From Octopus bimaculoides (lineage: Eukaryota): a stretch of DNA of 47,637 nt. Within the stretch, counting starts at the first letter, position 1. Every line of letters starts with the position of its first letter. The DNA lies in assembly GCF_001194135.2 (NCBI RefSeq), contig NC_068986.1, positions 67,724,142-67,771,778 of the forward strand, in the 5' to 3' direction. Below the pieces are notes generated by a model that did not search any database, had not been told where the DNA came from, and was given only the letters and a program-made list of their open reading frames with translations. Positions 35,790 through 46,780 of this stretch are shown here, one piece after another. The position numbers and the translations under genes were made by a program.

Positions 35790-38495
35790 ATCTTTTAGCA
35801 AGGTAACACGGATAGAGTGGGGGAGGGTAGGCATACTCCTTGCAGAGAAATGGGTGGATAAGGTCATAGAGATTGTCAGGGTATGCGATAGAGTGCTTAA
35901 GCTCTGGTTAGTCCTGCAGAACAGTATAGTTACAATTACCTTTGCCTACACCCCACAAGCGGGCCTACCAAATGATCAGAAGGACCATTTTCACGAATAC
36001 CCTTCTACAGGCTACCTCAAAGACAAGTGGCAATGACCTCATCTCTGCAGCTGGAGATTTTAATGGGCATGCTGGACACAGGGGCCATTGTATTGGTTCC
36101 CAAAATGAAAAGAGAACTAGGCTACTAGAGTTCTGTGATACATGTAACCTTTTGATCTGTAACATTAACATCAGGAAGCCAGACAGCCACCTGATAACCT
36201 ATCAATCAGGTGACTCTACTAGCCAGATTGATATCAATCTCACCAGACAGTAGGACGCAGGGTTACTCTTAAATACAAAGACTCTCCCTGGTGAAGAACG
36301 TAGCCCCAGCATAGACTAGTTGTTAGTGACTTTAGACTTGAGGCCAGAAGGATGCCAAGAAGCAGACCAATCCAGAAAAGAAGGATTTGGAAGCTAAAGA
36401 ACCTATCACATAGTCAGAGATTTAGGGACATCCTCATCGAGAAACTTGATGAGAGGGAGGAGGAGCTACAGACCTTGGACATGGAAGGTAGCTGGAAATT
36501 CCTACAGGACAGCTTACTGAGTGCCACAGACCAAATCTTCAGATGGTGCAAAGTCCCTTCCAGACCTAGAGTAACGTGGTGGTGGAATAATAAGGTAGAC
36601 AAAGCCATTAGAGCAAAGAAACAGGCCTGGAAAGCCTGGAAGAGCGGAGGTAGCAGGGAACTCTATCAGATAACCAGAAGAGAGGCTCTGCAACAGGTAT
36701 ACATAGCCAAGGGAGAAGAAGAAAAGAAGTTTTCCAATGTTCAGCGACATGAAGACAAAAGAACTGAAGTATTTCAGATTGCAAGACAATGTGTGAGAGA
36801 AAACTGTGATATCACAGGAGATAAATGTGTCTGCATGGATGATGGTGCACTTGCTTTTAATGATTCTGAAAAGAAAGAGGCTTGGAGAAGCCATTATGAA
36901 ACACTGCTGAACGTGGAGAATGAATGGAAGGAGGAGAGCCTGCCTAATGTTGACCCAGTAGAGGGACCAGCTATCCGAATAGACAGTACCCAGATAGATA
37001 AGCAAGAAAAGACCCTGGCCCATCAGGAATCACTGCTGAGATGCTTTAAACATCTGATGGTGTGGGCTATGGTCTAGTCACCCATATTGTAAACCAGGTA
37101 GTTCATGATGGAGTCATACCTAATGACTGGTATAGCAGTACCATAGTCAACTGCTACAAGTATAAAGGCGATACTTTAAATAGAAATAACAACAGGGGTA
37201 TCAAACTGCTGGATCAGGTGATGAAGGTCACGGAGAGGGCCATAGCCTAACTAATTAGGGAGAGAGTCCGCTTAGATGAGATGCAGTTCAGTNNNNNNNN
37301 NNTCACGGAGAGGGCCATAGCCTAACTAATTAGGGAGAGAGTCCGCTTAGATGAGATGCAGTTCAGTTTTGTGCCAGGTAGAAGCACCACTGATGCTATA
37401 TTCCTGGTACGGCATCTGCAGGAGAAATACCTAGCCAAAGATAAACCCCTATACTTGGCTTTTGTAGACTTGGAGAAAGCCTTTGACAGGGTCCCCTGAT
37501 CCCTTATCTGGTGGGCGATGCAGAAGCTGAGGATTGACAAATGGTTAATAAGGGCTGTACAGAGATTCCGTTAGTAAAGTTAGGGTTGTCAATGAGTATA
37601 GTGAAGAATTCTGGGTAGAAGTAGGAGTCCACCAAGGGTCAGCCCTCAGCCCCTCATCATAGTCCTCCAGGCAATAACAGAGGAATTCAAGACAGATTGC
37701 CCCTGGAAGCTCCTCTATGCTGATGAACTGGCCCTCATAGCAGAATCACTACCAGAACTAGAAAAGAAATTTCAGCTGTGGAAGCAAGGTTTAGAGTCGA
37801 AGGGCCTTAGAGTCAATGTTACAAAGACTAAAGTTCTAGTAAGTAGGAAGGTGAACACATCACACACCTCTTCAGGTAGGTGGTCCTGCTCGATCTGTAG
37901 AAAAGGTGTAGGTAGAAACTCCATAAGATGTACCCAGTGTAATCTATGGACACATAAGCGGTGCAGCAACATCAAAGGAAGATTAAGTGGGAAAATAGCT
38001 TTCGTGTGTGGTAGATGCACAGGGGCAATAAACACCACAGATGTTCAGAAAATAGATTCCATCATATGCCAGGAGGAGAAACTATAAGTAGTTGATAGTT
38101 TCCGCTACTCAGGGGACCAAGTCAGTAGTAGGGGTGGATGCTCAGAGAGCGTTACCACTAGAATAAGAATTGCCTGGGCAAAGTTCAGACAGCTTCTACC
38201 CCTACTGGTGACAAAGGGCCTCTCACTCAGAGTGAAAAGTAGATTGTACATTGCATGTGTGCGAACTGTCATGTTTCATGGCAGTGAAACATGGGCTATG
38301 ACTGCCAAAGACATGCATAGGTTCAAAAGAAATGAAGCTAGCATGATCCACTGGATGTGTAATGTCAGTGTGCACACATGACAGAGTATAAGTGCCCTGA
38401 GAGAAATGTTGGACATAAAAAGCATAAGATGTGGCATGCAAGAGAGACGTTTGCGTTGGCATGGTCATGTACTAAGAATAGATGAGGAGAGCTGT
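35790..38495 (+). mobile_element. RTEX-like LINE ORF2: APE, RT and C4HC3 finger, with stops and frameshifts
   Basis: GILLAEKWVDKV, AGDFNGH, NRGIKLLDQVMK, LAFVDLEKAFDRVP, VGVHQGSALSP, LLYADE, WSCSICRKGVGRNSIRCTQCNLWTHKRC...CGRC, HGSETW, LRWHGHV. Confidence 0.93.
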
Positions 38496-38496
38496 G

Positions 38497-38855
38497 TGAC
38501 AAGTACATCAACATCAAAATGAAATCAAATGGAAAATGTAGTCGTGGTGCCAGTGGCATGTAAAAAGCATCATCCGAACATGGTCGATACCAGCCCTTTC
38601 ACCCCAACTGGCTTCTGTGCCAGTGGCACTTAAAAAGCATCATCCAAACGTGGCTGATGCTAGCACCACTTTGATTGGCTCCCATGCTGGTGGCACGTAA
38701 AAAGCACCCACTACACTTCCCACTACACTCTCGGAGTAGTTGGTGTTAGGAAGGGCATCCAGCTGTAGAAACAGTGCCAGATCAGACTGGTGCCTGGTAC
38801 AGCCTTCTGGCTTTCCAGACCCCTGACATTAAATGATGATGATGATGATGACAAT
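38497..38855 (+). mobile_element. (GAT)n-tailed 3' segment with three internal tgccagtggca(c)gtaaaaagca sub-repeats
   Basis: Sub-repeats near 38548, 38618 and 38687; tail atgatgatgatgatgatgac. Confidence 0.75.
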
Positions 38856-39851
38856 GCTCATTATTGTATTAGAAGATTATACATACATTTTAACACTTTA
38901 CAGTATACTTACTTATATACATAATTCTATGCATCGATCTAAAACAACAGGGTTACTAAAGGAAGACTGGAATTTAAGAGAAGAGAAAATCAAAAGGTCT
39001 CATTGAAGGATTTTATTTCAGATATCCCCATTTTAAAAATCATCTCCTGTTAATTCTTGAGAGGATGTTGGTGTTGCATTGGCCGAGGTTTGCACTCTCT
39101 TGTCTGAGAATGTTTTTGTTCTGTGCTGGCCATTGCCTATAGACTCTGCTGCCATTACCTATAGAGCATATGATCATGAAAGATTTGCTTTAATTACAAT
39201 ATTTTTTTTTTAGTTCTGACTGTAATCCATTCCAAATTGTCAAAGTCACTAAGTTACTAAGTGGATTATTTGTTATTGGGTCCCACAGCTATGTGACAGA
39301 AGTATTACAGATGACTATGAACAAAATTTATTTCCACAAACAACAAATGACGGATGTGTGCTTCATGATATTTTATTCACAATTTCAAAATTTTATTCTA
39401 AAAAAGACAAAACAGAAAAAAATAAATAAACTAAGATGTCGAATTTGGAGTAGTTTACAGTATCGTTATTGTTTTTTTTATGTTTTATAACAAGCATCAG
39501 TCCTTTCTTGAGTTTATCTTTGTTTCCAATGGAGACTTCAATATGATCATTATTATTGTTATATTTGTAGTTGTTTGTTATACTTGGTAATAAGTGTTAT
39601 TTTATTGTGAATTGATGCCTGTTTATTTTATATCTATATGTATTCAAATGCATGTTAGTATATTTCTATGTATTCAAATATGTATGTTTGCGTATATTTA
39701 TGCATTTATCTAAATATACTTCTGTGTAATTTGTGTTTGTAAATGTATATATTCATCCTCATCAGCAACATTACATATCTGTGTTCCATGCTGGTATGGT
39801 ACAGAGACATTAACTATATATATATATACATACATACATACATGCATACAC

Positions 39852-39910
<59 letters not shown>

Positions 39911-39914
39911 CATA

Positions 39915-40422
39915 GACATGGTCTGATCAATAAGTATCCAGACTGTTGCCATAGTAGCAAAGCTAAAGCACACAGAGTGAAGTTGCTTGGCACAGATTGA
40001 CCTTGAACTCTGTTGTGCATGTGCACTAAGTTTTAACATTCTAGCTCACTTCTGCTGTTTACAGCAGTGATTGGAAGGAAGGTGTGTAGCGTGTGATCGT
40101 CACATTGATCATGACAGAGAAAGTAGAGCAGAGAATTTACATCAAATTTTGCCAAAAGCTCACTGACACTTGCTCAGAGGCCTACGTAAAGTTTTCAAAA
40201 TGTTTTCATTGTTCTTGACACAATCAAGGAGATCTTGTGAAACTGAAACCCAAGTGTCTTTTTGGTCAGCTAACAGCAGTTTTAGCACAAGCTTGGTAGA
40301 CATGTATCACCATGACAACTTTAGCAGAGTTCAAGGTTAATCTTTGCCAAGTGACTTTACTCTGTGTGCTTTAGCCTTGTTACTATGGCAACAGTCCAGA
40401 TACTTATTGATCAGACCTCATA
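39915..40422. mobile_element. Non-autonomous mariner derivative with about 95-bp inverted arms and transposase remnants
   Basis: Arms 39919-40012 and 40325-40420. Plus strand MTEKVEQRIYIKFCQKL from 40111; minus strand KLVLKLLLADQKDTWVSVSQDLLD at about 40195-40305. Both resemble mariner N-terminal motifs. Confidence 0.85.
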
Positions 40423-40439
40423 TACATACATACACACAC

Positions 40440-40487
<48 letters not shown>

Positions 40488-40523
40488 TGTTACTCAGAGT
40501 TTCGCGTTACCGTTCATCAGACA
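40488..40523 (-). ncRNA. Candidate minimal type I hammerhead ribozyme
   Basis: Minus: TGT CTGATGA A CG GTAA CG C GAAA CTC T GAG TA ACA. Stem I TGT/ACA, intact core, GNRA-capped stem II, quasi-palindromic helix III, GUA site. Confidence 0.6.
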
Positions 40524-40563
40524 TTTGTGATCATACTCATGTATGTGTGTGTGTGTATGTATG

Positions 40564-40627
<64 letters not shown>

Positions 40628-40639
40628 TAAATATATATA

Positions 40640-40950
40640 TTTCTTGTCTTTTTAGGAGTATGAAATTAGTAGGAGAAGTGGATTCCCAGTTCCTTCGCTC
40701 CCACCCCTTTTAGTCGCCTCTTATGCCATGCAGGGTATACGGTGACTGCATGCAACTGGTACCCCATCCCAGTCACAGTGGGGTTTACTAGTTAACCCAT
40801 AGCTTGGACCCTTACAGGTGCTACCACTCCAGGCCAGAGTAGACCTGGGAACAATAGTGGCTAAGAGGTGGTTCCACACTCCTCAAACCCTGAAACTAGG
40901 ACCCCAGGGTCCCACTACCAGATGTAGTTTATAGTCATACCCAGGCTGGT
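40640..40950. mobile_element. Unclassified interspersed repeat fragments (RTE-like UTR pieces)
   Basis: GC-richer island; ttttagtcgcctcttatgccatgcaggg resembles RTE 3' tails by recall. Confidence 0.4.
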
Positions 40951-41790
40951 ATGATAGATGTGAGTATAAATGGTGAGATATTAGAGGAGGTGAGTGTTTT
41001 TAAGTATCTAGGATCACATGTGATGGCGGATGAGGCAGGGAGCTGAGGAAGTGGAATATAGAGTGAAGGAGAGGGGGAGTAAGGTATTTAGAGTTGTGAA
41101 AGGTTTGCTGAGGGATAAAAGGTTGAGTATGAAAGTGAAAAGAGGTGTGTATGAATGAGGATGTGATTGTGCTGCCAATGTTATGTGATGCAGAGTCGTG
41201 GGAGCTGAGAGAGGAAGAAAGGAGGTGACTAGATGTGTTTGAGATGAGATGTTTGAGGACTATGGTTGGTGTGACACAGATGGACAGGATGAGGAATGAG
41301 GCAGTGTGAAGGTGAGCAGGAATGAGAGAAAAACTAACAATGGATAGACGAATGTTGAGGTGGTTTGGCCACAGGGAGAGGATGGATGACGAGCAGATGG
41401 TAAGGAGGGTGATGAAGGCAGAAGTCATAGGCAGCAGAACCAGAGGTAGCCCTCGGTTTGTGCAGATGGATGGAGTGAGGAAAGCTTTGGTGGTTAGGGG
41501 TGGTGGAATGAGAGAGGCAAGAGAGTTTATAAATGACAGGAAAGCTTGGAGAGTGTGGACGAATGAGTGAATTTGATGTTGCTCAAAGGAGTGTGGAACC
41601 AGCATGATGCAGCAGGAGTAAACCAGCATATGCTGCTGGGCCCCGCTGCTGATACTGGGGTTGCATTCTATGCCTTGACCCGAACATAGAACGGGGATCA
41701 CCTCTCTGAGCTGGGAAATGAATGGAATGCCTGATGGGAGTCTTGTTGTGGCTACCTCTCCTAAAAAAATGGGAAATAAGCCTGGGTATA
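40950..41790 (+). mobile_element. RTE/BovB-like LINE 3' part with 3' UTR
   Basis: GEILEEVSVFKYLGS, LDVFEMRCLRTMVGVT.MDRMRNE, MLRWFGHRERM, RTRGSPRF..MDGVRKAL, DRKAWR. Confidence 0.88.
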
Positions 41791-41852
41791 TAAAAACAAA
41801 TAATAATATATATATACATATATATCTATATACATGTATAAGGAAGAGAGCC

Positions 41853-42292
41853 AGATGGAATTCTGCTTTAAGTATCCCATATAACATCTCATAACTTTTT
41901 CTAGTTTTTGGAATTTTCAGAATATTTTTGCGAATTTGTATTCTACACATAGGAATTCATACGATTATGAAAACAAAAAAATACTTTTTGTGTCTGATGT
42001 AAAGGCTATTTAGCTGTTATTTTTAGCACACCTCACAATCACCTGATACCCTCCTTGTTTCTTTGTCACTCTGATGTATTAATGTTTTTCGATATCTTTC
42101 TTCCCATAAACATGTTTAATGGTCTATTGCTGGGATTGAAGTTGAAATTTAGGACTGTCTGTAACTAAAATAATAAAATTCAAAACATTTAAAAAAAAAT
42201 TTTTCGTAGTTGTATGAATCCTCATGTTTTGAGAATTCCAAAAAATCAAAAAGTTACGAGGGGTTATATGAGATGTTTAAACCAGAATTCTG
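41853..42292. mobile_element. Fold-back MITE with about 100-bp imperfect TIRs
   Basis: gaattctgctttaagtatcccatataacatctcataacttttt versus aaaaagttacgagggttatatgagatgtttaaaccagaattc. Confidence 0.75.
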
Positions 42293-42735
42293 TACTCCAG
42301 CAGATCGTGAAGAACCTATAGAGAATATGTTATGTTGAGTTTTTTGATTTAATCAAGTTTTGTTAATTTCATATTATGCCATTTTTCTATGATTCCCTTT
42401 CATTTGACCTAGATATTTCATATGAGTTTTTTTCAAATATAATTCTGGAGAATTGAAGAGGCAAATTTACCTTATCTTTTCTTACTCATTTTGACCCATC
42501 CAAATTTTTCTTTTATATGATCAATGAGAACAGAGGTAATTTTCTAAAATAGTGTTCTGAATATGTTATAGTGGTTTTTAATGCATTTAAAGAAGGTAAT
42601 TTGTTTAACTATTGTAGTTTTGTTAGATAGTAAACGTTTATAAAGATATTTTTTTTCTCAGAGTCAAAAAATGTAGTAAATGTTACTCATTGTGCCCCAC
42701 CACCCCTTTCTGGAAACAAGAACAACACTTTTGGG

Positions 42736-44231
42736 ATGATGTTATTTACTATTACAGCAACAAAGTCTACCTGCTACACTTCTCAGTCTATCATCACTGC
42801 TTCAAAGTCCTGGATATATTTGAAGCCAGTGTCTGCAATCAAGTTGTCGATGTGTAATGATGTTTTCCTCTGCTTACATTACTATGAAGTGGGTTCCACA
42901 AGGCTAATTTGGATGCTCCCAGCTTAGGGTGATACATGCCACGATCAGATAGTCACAGCTGTCTCTGCGTGATCATCTCACTAACTTTCAGAAGGTCTCC
43001 ATAAAGGCAATTTATTTGTCATATGTTGCTGCCATTTCACATTTAGAACCATTTGTCGTATTCTTGTGTAGCATTCATTTGATAATTTCTTTGCCAGTGT
43101 CCATATTTCATTGCCATATAACAGTTGCAATGAATAGCTTCATTTTGATTTGGTGTTCCTGACTTTCTGTAGTTTGTGACAGGCTGTCCGTGCTTGTGTC
43201 TTCCTGATCTTGATATCTGCTTCCAAACTGCTCACCCAACCACCTAAATACTTGAAGTCTTCAGCAATATTCAATTTGGAACCACTCAGAACAAACAGTT
43301 CAATCACTTGATTGGTTGAAAGACATATATTCCTTTTCCATAATATTTGTGTGCAGTCCTATCTTTGCATCAGCTGCAAAGATAGGACTCTGCTGAACAG
43401 CTGTTGAGCTTGATCTATTAGATATGAGTGATCTATTAGATATGAGTGATCTATTAGATATGAGTGATCTATTAGATAAGAGTGCTGTATCATCTGCAAA
43501 GTTCAGGTCTGTGATGGTTGCTGCAGGCACTCTCCATGATCATTTCTAGTCTATGATGAAACCAAGGTCTTTGTCACTGTTGTTTATTGGATTATGCATT
43601 GCATAATCCAATACAATTACAAACAGATATGGTGCGAGTGTATCTCCTTGTAGCATCCCAACAAGTATTTGAAAGAATTCAGAGTGCCACAAATTGATTG
43701 AAAGAGGGAAAAGCTGCTGGCCCTGATGAAATTCCCCCTGAAGTTATCAAGAGGTGATGTCTGGATGAAATAATACTGGATTTTGTGAATAAGCTCTTAC
43801 AGAACCAAGAAAGTTCAGATCAGTGGTCTGAGATTAACTTGATACCCAAAGTCCGGAAACCTCGGCAGTGAAACTAACTACACAGGAATTGCACTGTCCA
43901 ATATCTCACTCAAAGTCATCAACTGAATGATCCTCAACAGAATTCAACAGGTGCTGGATAGCTATCTAAGACCAAATCAAAATGAATTTAGACCAAGGAG
44001 AGCCATAACATTTCAGAACTTAGCCTCATAGGAGTTTAATCAAGACTGCTATCTGTCATTATAACCTTCATGGACTTCAGGTTTGACAGTACTCATTGTT
44101 ACAAAATATTGAAGGTCCTTCAAGCATATGGCATTCCAGATGAACTAGTTCATGCTATTGCAAAGACCTACATAAAAACCAGAACTCACATTATCATCTG
44201 ATGGAGAAATGGAATTCTTTCAGAATAACTG
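42736..44231 (-). mobile_element. RTE-clade LINE with an inverted 5' segment
   Basis: Minus 43680-42750: EFFQILVGMLQGDTLAPYLFVIVLDY, DLNFADDTALLS, FKYLG, HGNVSRGK. Plus 43695-44231: KEGKAAGPDEIPPEV...YGIPDELV...DGEMEFFQ. Confidence 0.9.
43412..43483. repeat. 18-bp tandem repeat gatctattagata(t/a)gagt x4 inside the RT
   Basis: Units at 43412, 43430, 43448 and 43466. Confidence 0.95.
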
Positions 44232-44769
44232 TCCCATATATGTTGGAATGTCACAAATTTTGTCAGGATTTTCCCTTTTTTTCATGCATTACAAAACAAT
44301 AAAAGGATGCCTTTTTAAAACAAAAGTTTTTAAAATCTATGCCTTTTCAATGTTTGTCTCTTCCCTCACACAAACACACTCATCACACCTTTGAAACAAC
44401 AACCACTAAAATGATATATACTTTTCTTTAACATAATTTTCTGTCATTTTATCATATTCTACATTCTGAAATATTTGTAATTTGTGTTGAAGAAAAACAA
44501 TCTTATCCTCTCTTCCCCCCTTCATTGTACTTTTCACAATGAAGGAAAAGTCAAAAACTGCAAGTGAATGTGTGAGAAAAAGAATTTGAATTTTGGAGAG
44601 TGTATCTATAAAGTAACATTTTCAGTCATCTATTTAAACTTTCTCTGCTACCTCATCAAATATAATTACATGTGATAGATATAATTTGCTAACTTTCCAA
44701 AATTTTATATCTTGTGCATGAGGGGACCCATCGAATTTGAAGTACCCATGCCCCCACAAATGGTTTAAA

Positions 44770-45078
44770 TCCAGTCCTATGTATGTCTATTTATATACAT
44801 ATGTGTATGTATGTACATATGCATATATATGTATATATTTATATCCATATATATGCGTGTGTGTTTGTGTGAATGTGTGTGTGTGTGTCTATGTATGTAT
44901 ATGTATGTGTGTCTATATGTGTGTGNNNNNNNNNNTGTGTGTGTGTGTCTATGTATGTATATGTATGTGTGTCTATATGTGTGTGTATATGTGTTTGTGT
45001 GTGTATGTATATATGTGTGTGTATGTATCTATATGTATGTATGTACATACATTACATATATATTTATATATATATATA

Positions 45079-45109
<31 letters not shown>

Positions 45110-45110
45110 G
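44770..45110. repeat. Compound (TA)/(GT)/(ATGT) microsatellite with 10-N gap
   Basis: Direct reading. Confidence 0.95.
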
Positions 45111-45374
45111 CACCCACACATTTTCTTGTCATTCAAAGGTAAAACATAGTACAGTTGTCTGGTCTCATTGTCCTGACTACTCATTCTCATGGAACTTCTC
45201 ACTCCACTAAAGTCTCTATTCATAGTAATTCTTCTATGAACTACTTCAAGCTATAACAAATATATCTGCAGCACTTAATTTTTTTTTCTATATTTCTTCA
45301 TTGTCTTTGTTGTCTTTATCCTTTCTAACACATTTGCATAGCTACACTCTGTGATATGAGTACGCACACACAGA

Positions 45375-45434
45375 TAATGTGTGTATTTATATATATAGGT
45401 GTGTGTATATATGTGAGTATATGTGTGTGTGTAC

Positions 45435-45472
<38 letters not shown>

Positions 45473-45539
45473 NNNNNNNNNNNNNNNNNNNNNNNNNNNN
45501 NNNNNNNNNNNNNNNNNNNNNNNNNNNNNNNNNNNNNNN

Positions 45540-45602
<63 letters not shown>

Positions 45603-45630
45603 ATATATATATATATATATATATACATGT
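45375..45630. repeat. (TA)n/(GT)n microsatellite with 67-N gap
   Basis: Direct reading. Confidence 0.95.
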
Positions 45631-45644
45631 ACTTGTGTGGTTGT

Positions 45645-45810
45645 CATCATCATCATTTAGCCTCTATTTTCTATGCCGACACAGGTTAAATGGTTTGACT
45701 GGAACTCGTAATCTGGAGAACTGTGCTAGTTTTCAGTCTGTTCCAGCTTGGTTTCTATAGCTGGATACCCTTCCTAACACCAACCACTCCACAGAGTGTA
45801 GTGGGTGTCT
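45645..45810 (-). mobile_element. (GAT)n-tailed 3' fragment, minus strand
   Basis: catcatcatcattta...gctggatacccttcctaacaccaaccactcc is the reverse complement of the tail family at 38700-38855. Confidence 0.75.
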
Positions 45811-45854
45811 TTTATATATATATATATATAATTCCTCACAGGTGCTAAATTTAT

Positions 45855-46282
45855 TTCCAGAATTCCTACACCAACAGTCAAAAAGTGTGGCTGCCCCAAT
45901 TGCAAGACCTGCATCAACGTTATTGAAGATACAACATACTAGTTCAAATCAGGACAGATTTTTACCATAAAAAATCACTTTACTTGTTCTTCAAGGAATT
46001 TAATACATGCTATCAAATGTCAAGGATGTAATAAAAATTACATGGGTCAAACAAAGGTTACTCCAAGAAATAGACTGACCATTCACCAACAACAAATACG
46101 AGACTCCAGTACTAGACAGATTACACTAAGTGGACACATAGACATATGTACAAAAAAATAAGTCCCCCAAATTCCAGGTCTTCCCACTCTACCTATCTTC
46201 AGCAAATACCACAAATGAAGCATGGATAAACAAAGAAAATACTTTGATACAAAAGTACAAACCAAGACTTAACAAACTTTAA
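45855..46282 (+). mobile_element. Penelope-like element GIY-YIG endonuclease with Cys-rich linker (pseudogenised)
   Basis: KKCGCPNCKTC...FTCSSRNLIHAIKCQGCNKNYMGQT...RNRLTIHQQQIR...HID.C...NKENTLIQKYKPRLNKL*. One in-frame stop and frameshifts. Confidence 0.9.
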
Positions 46283-46780
46283 CAGAGTACATACACAAAT
46301 AACTATTCACACACAAAACTCATTCTGCCACTTATCTTGTAGAACCTACACAGCTAACAACCTAAACTGTAGCCACTGGACTACATACAAACAACTCCTG
46401 TCACACAAGTTAAATTTAGAGTGCCTTGATTATAACTAAACATGTTCACTCAACCGTGTCAGCCCTCTTTTTAGGTACAAAATATACTGTCTCATGACAC
46501 TAGGAGGAAGTGGGAAATGTATAAAAGGTTACTTAATCATGTGTTCATTCTCTACAAACACTTAACAGAAAACATTCAAAGCATTGATTTTTGGACATGT
46601 TCAGTCAACCGTGTCAGCCTTAACTTATGACACCAAACATTGTCAACTGATACTAGCACACATATGTAACAGGAAACAGGCAAAAACTTCTAAGACCAGT
46701 CATGTGATTATCCTCTAACAATCAAATCCTATTCAAAACATATACTAATTTGAGCTATGAACTCCCTATAAAAAAGGGTG

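Noticed and set aside
37715-37730. CTGATGA matches at about 37718, 43723 and 47034
   Set aside because: The first two are within RT coding motifs (YADE, GPDE). The third lacks stem II and a correctly placed GAAA.
38540-38720. Repeat-spacer-like pattern resembling CRISPR
   Set aside because: Three degenerate internal sub-repeats of a eukaryotic retroposon tail; no cas genes, eukaryotic context.
41000-41950. 316-aa minus-strand ORF
   Set aside because: Antisense shadow of the purine-rich plus-strand RTE fragment.
45115-45250. Open minus-strand frame LEVVHRRITMNRDFSG... after a tttgttatag acceptor
   Set aside because: No homology recognised and no convincing donor; runs into a microsatellite.
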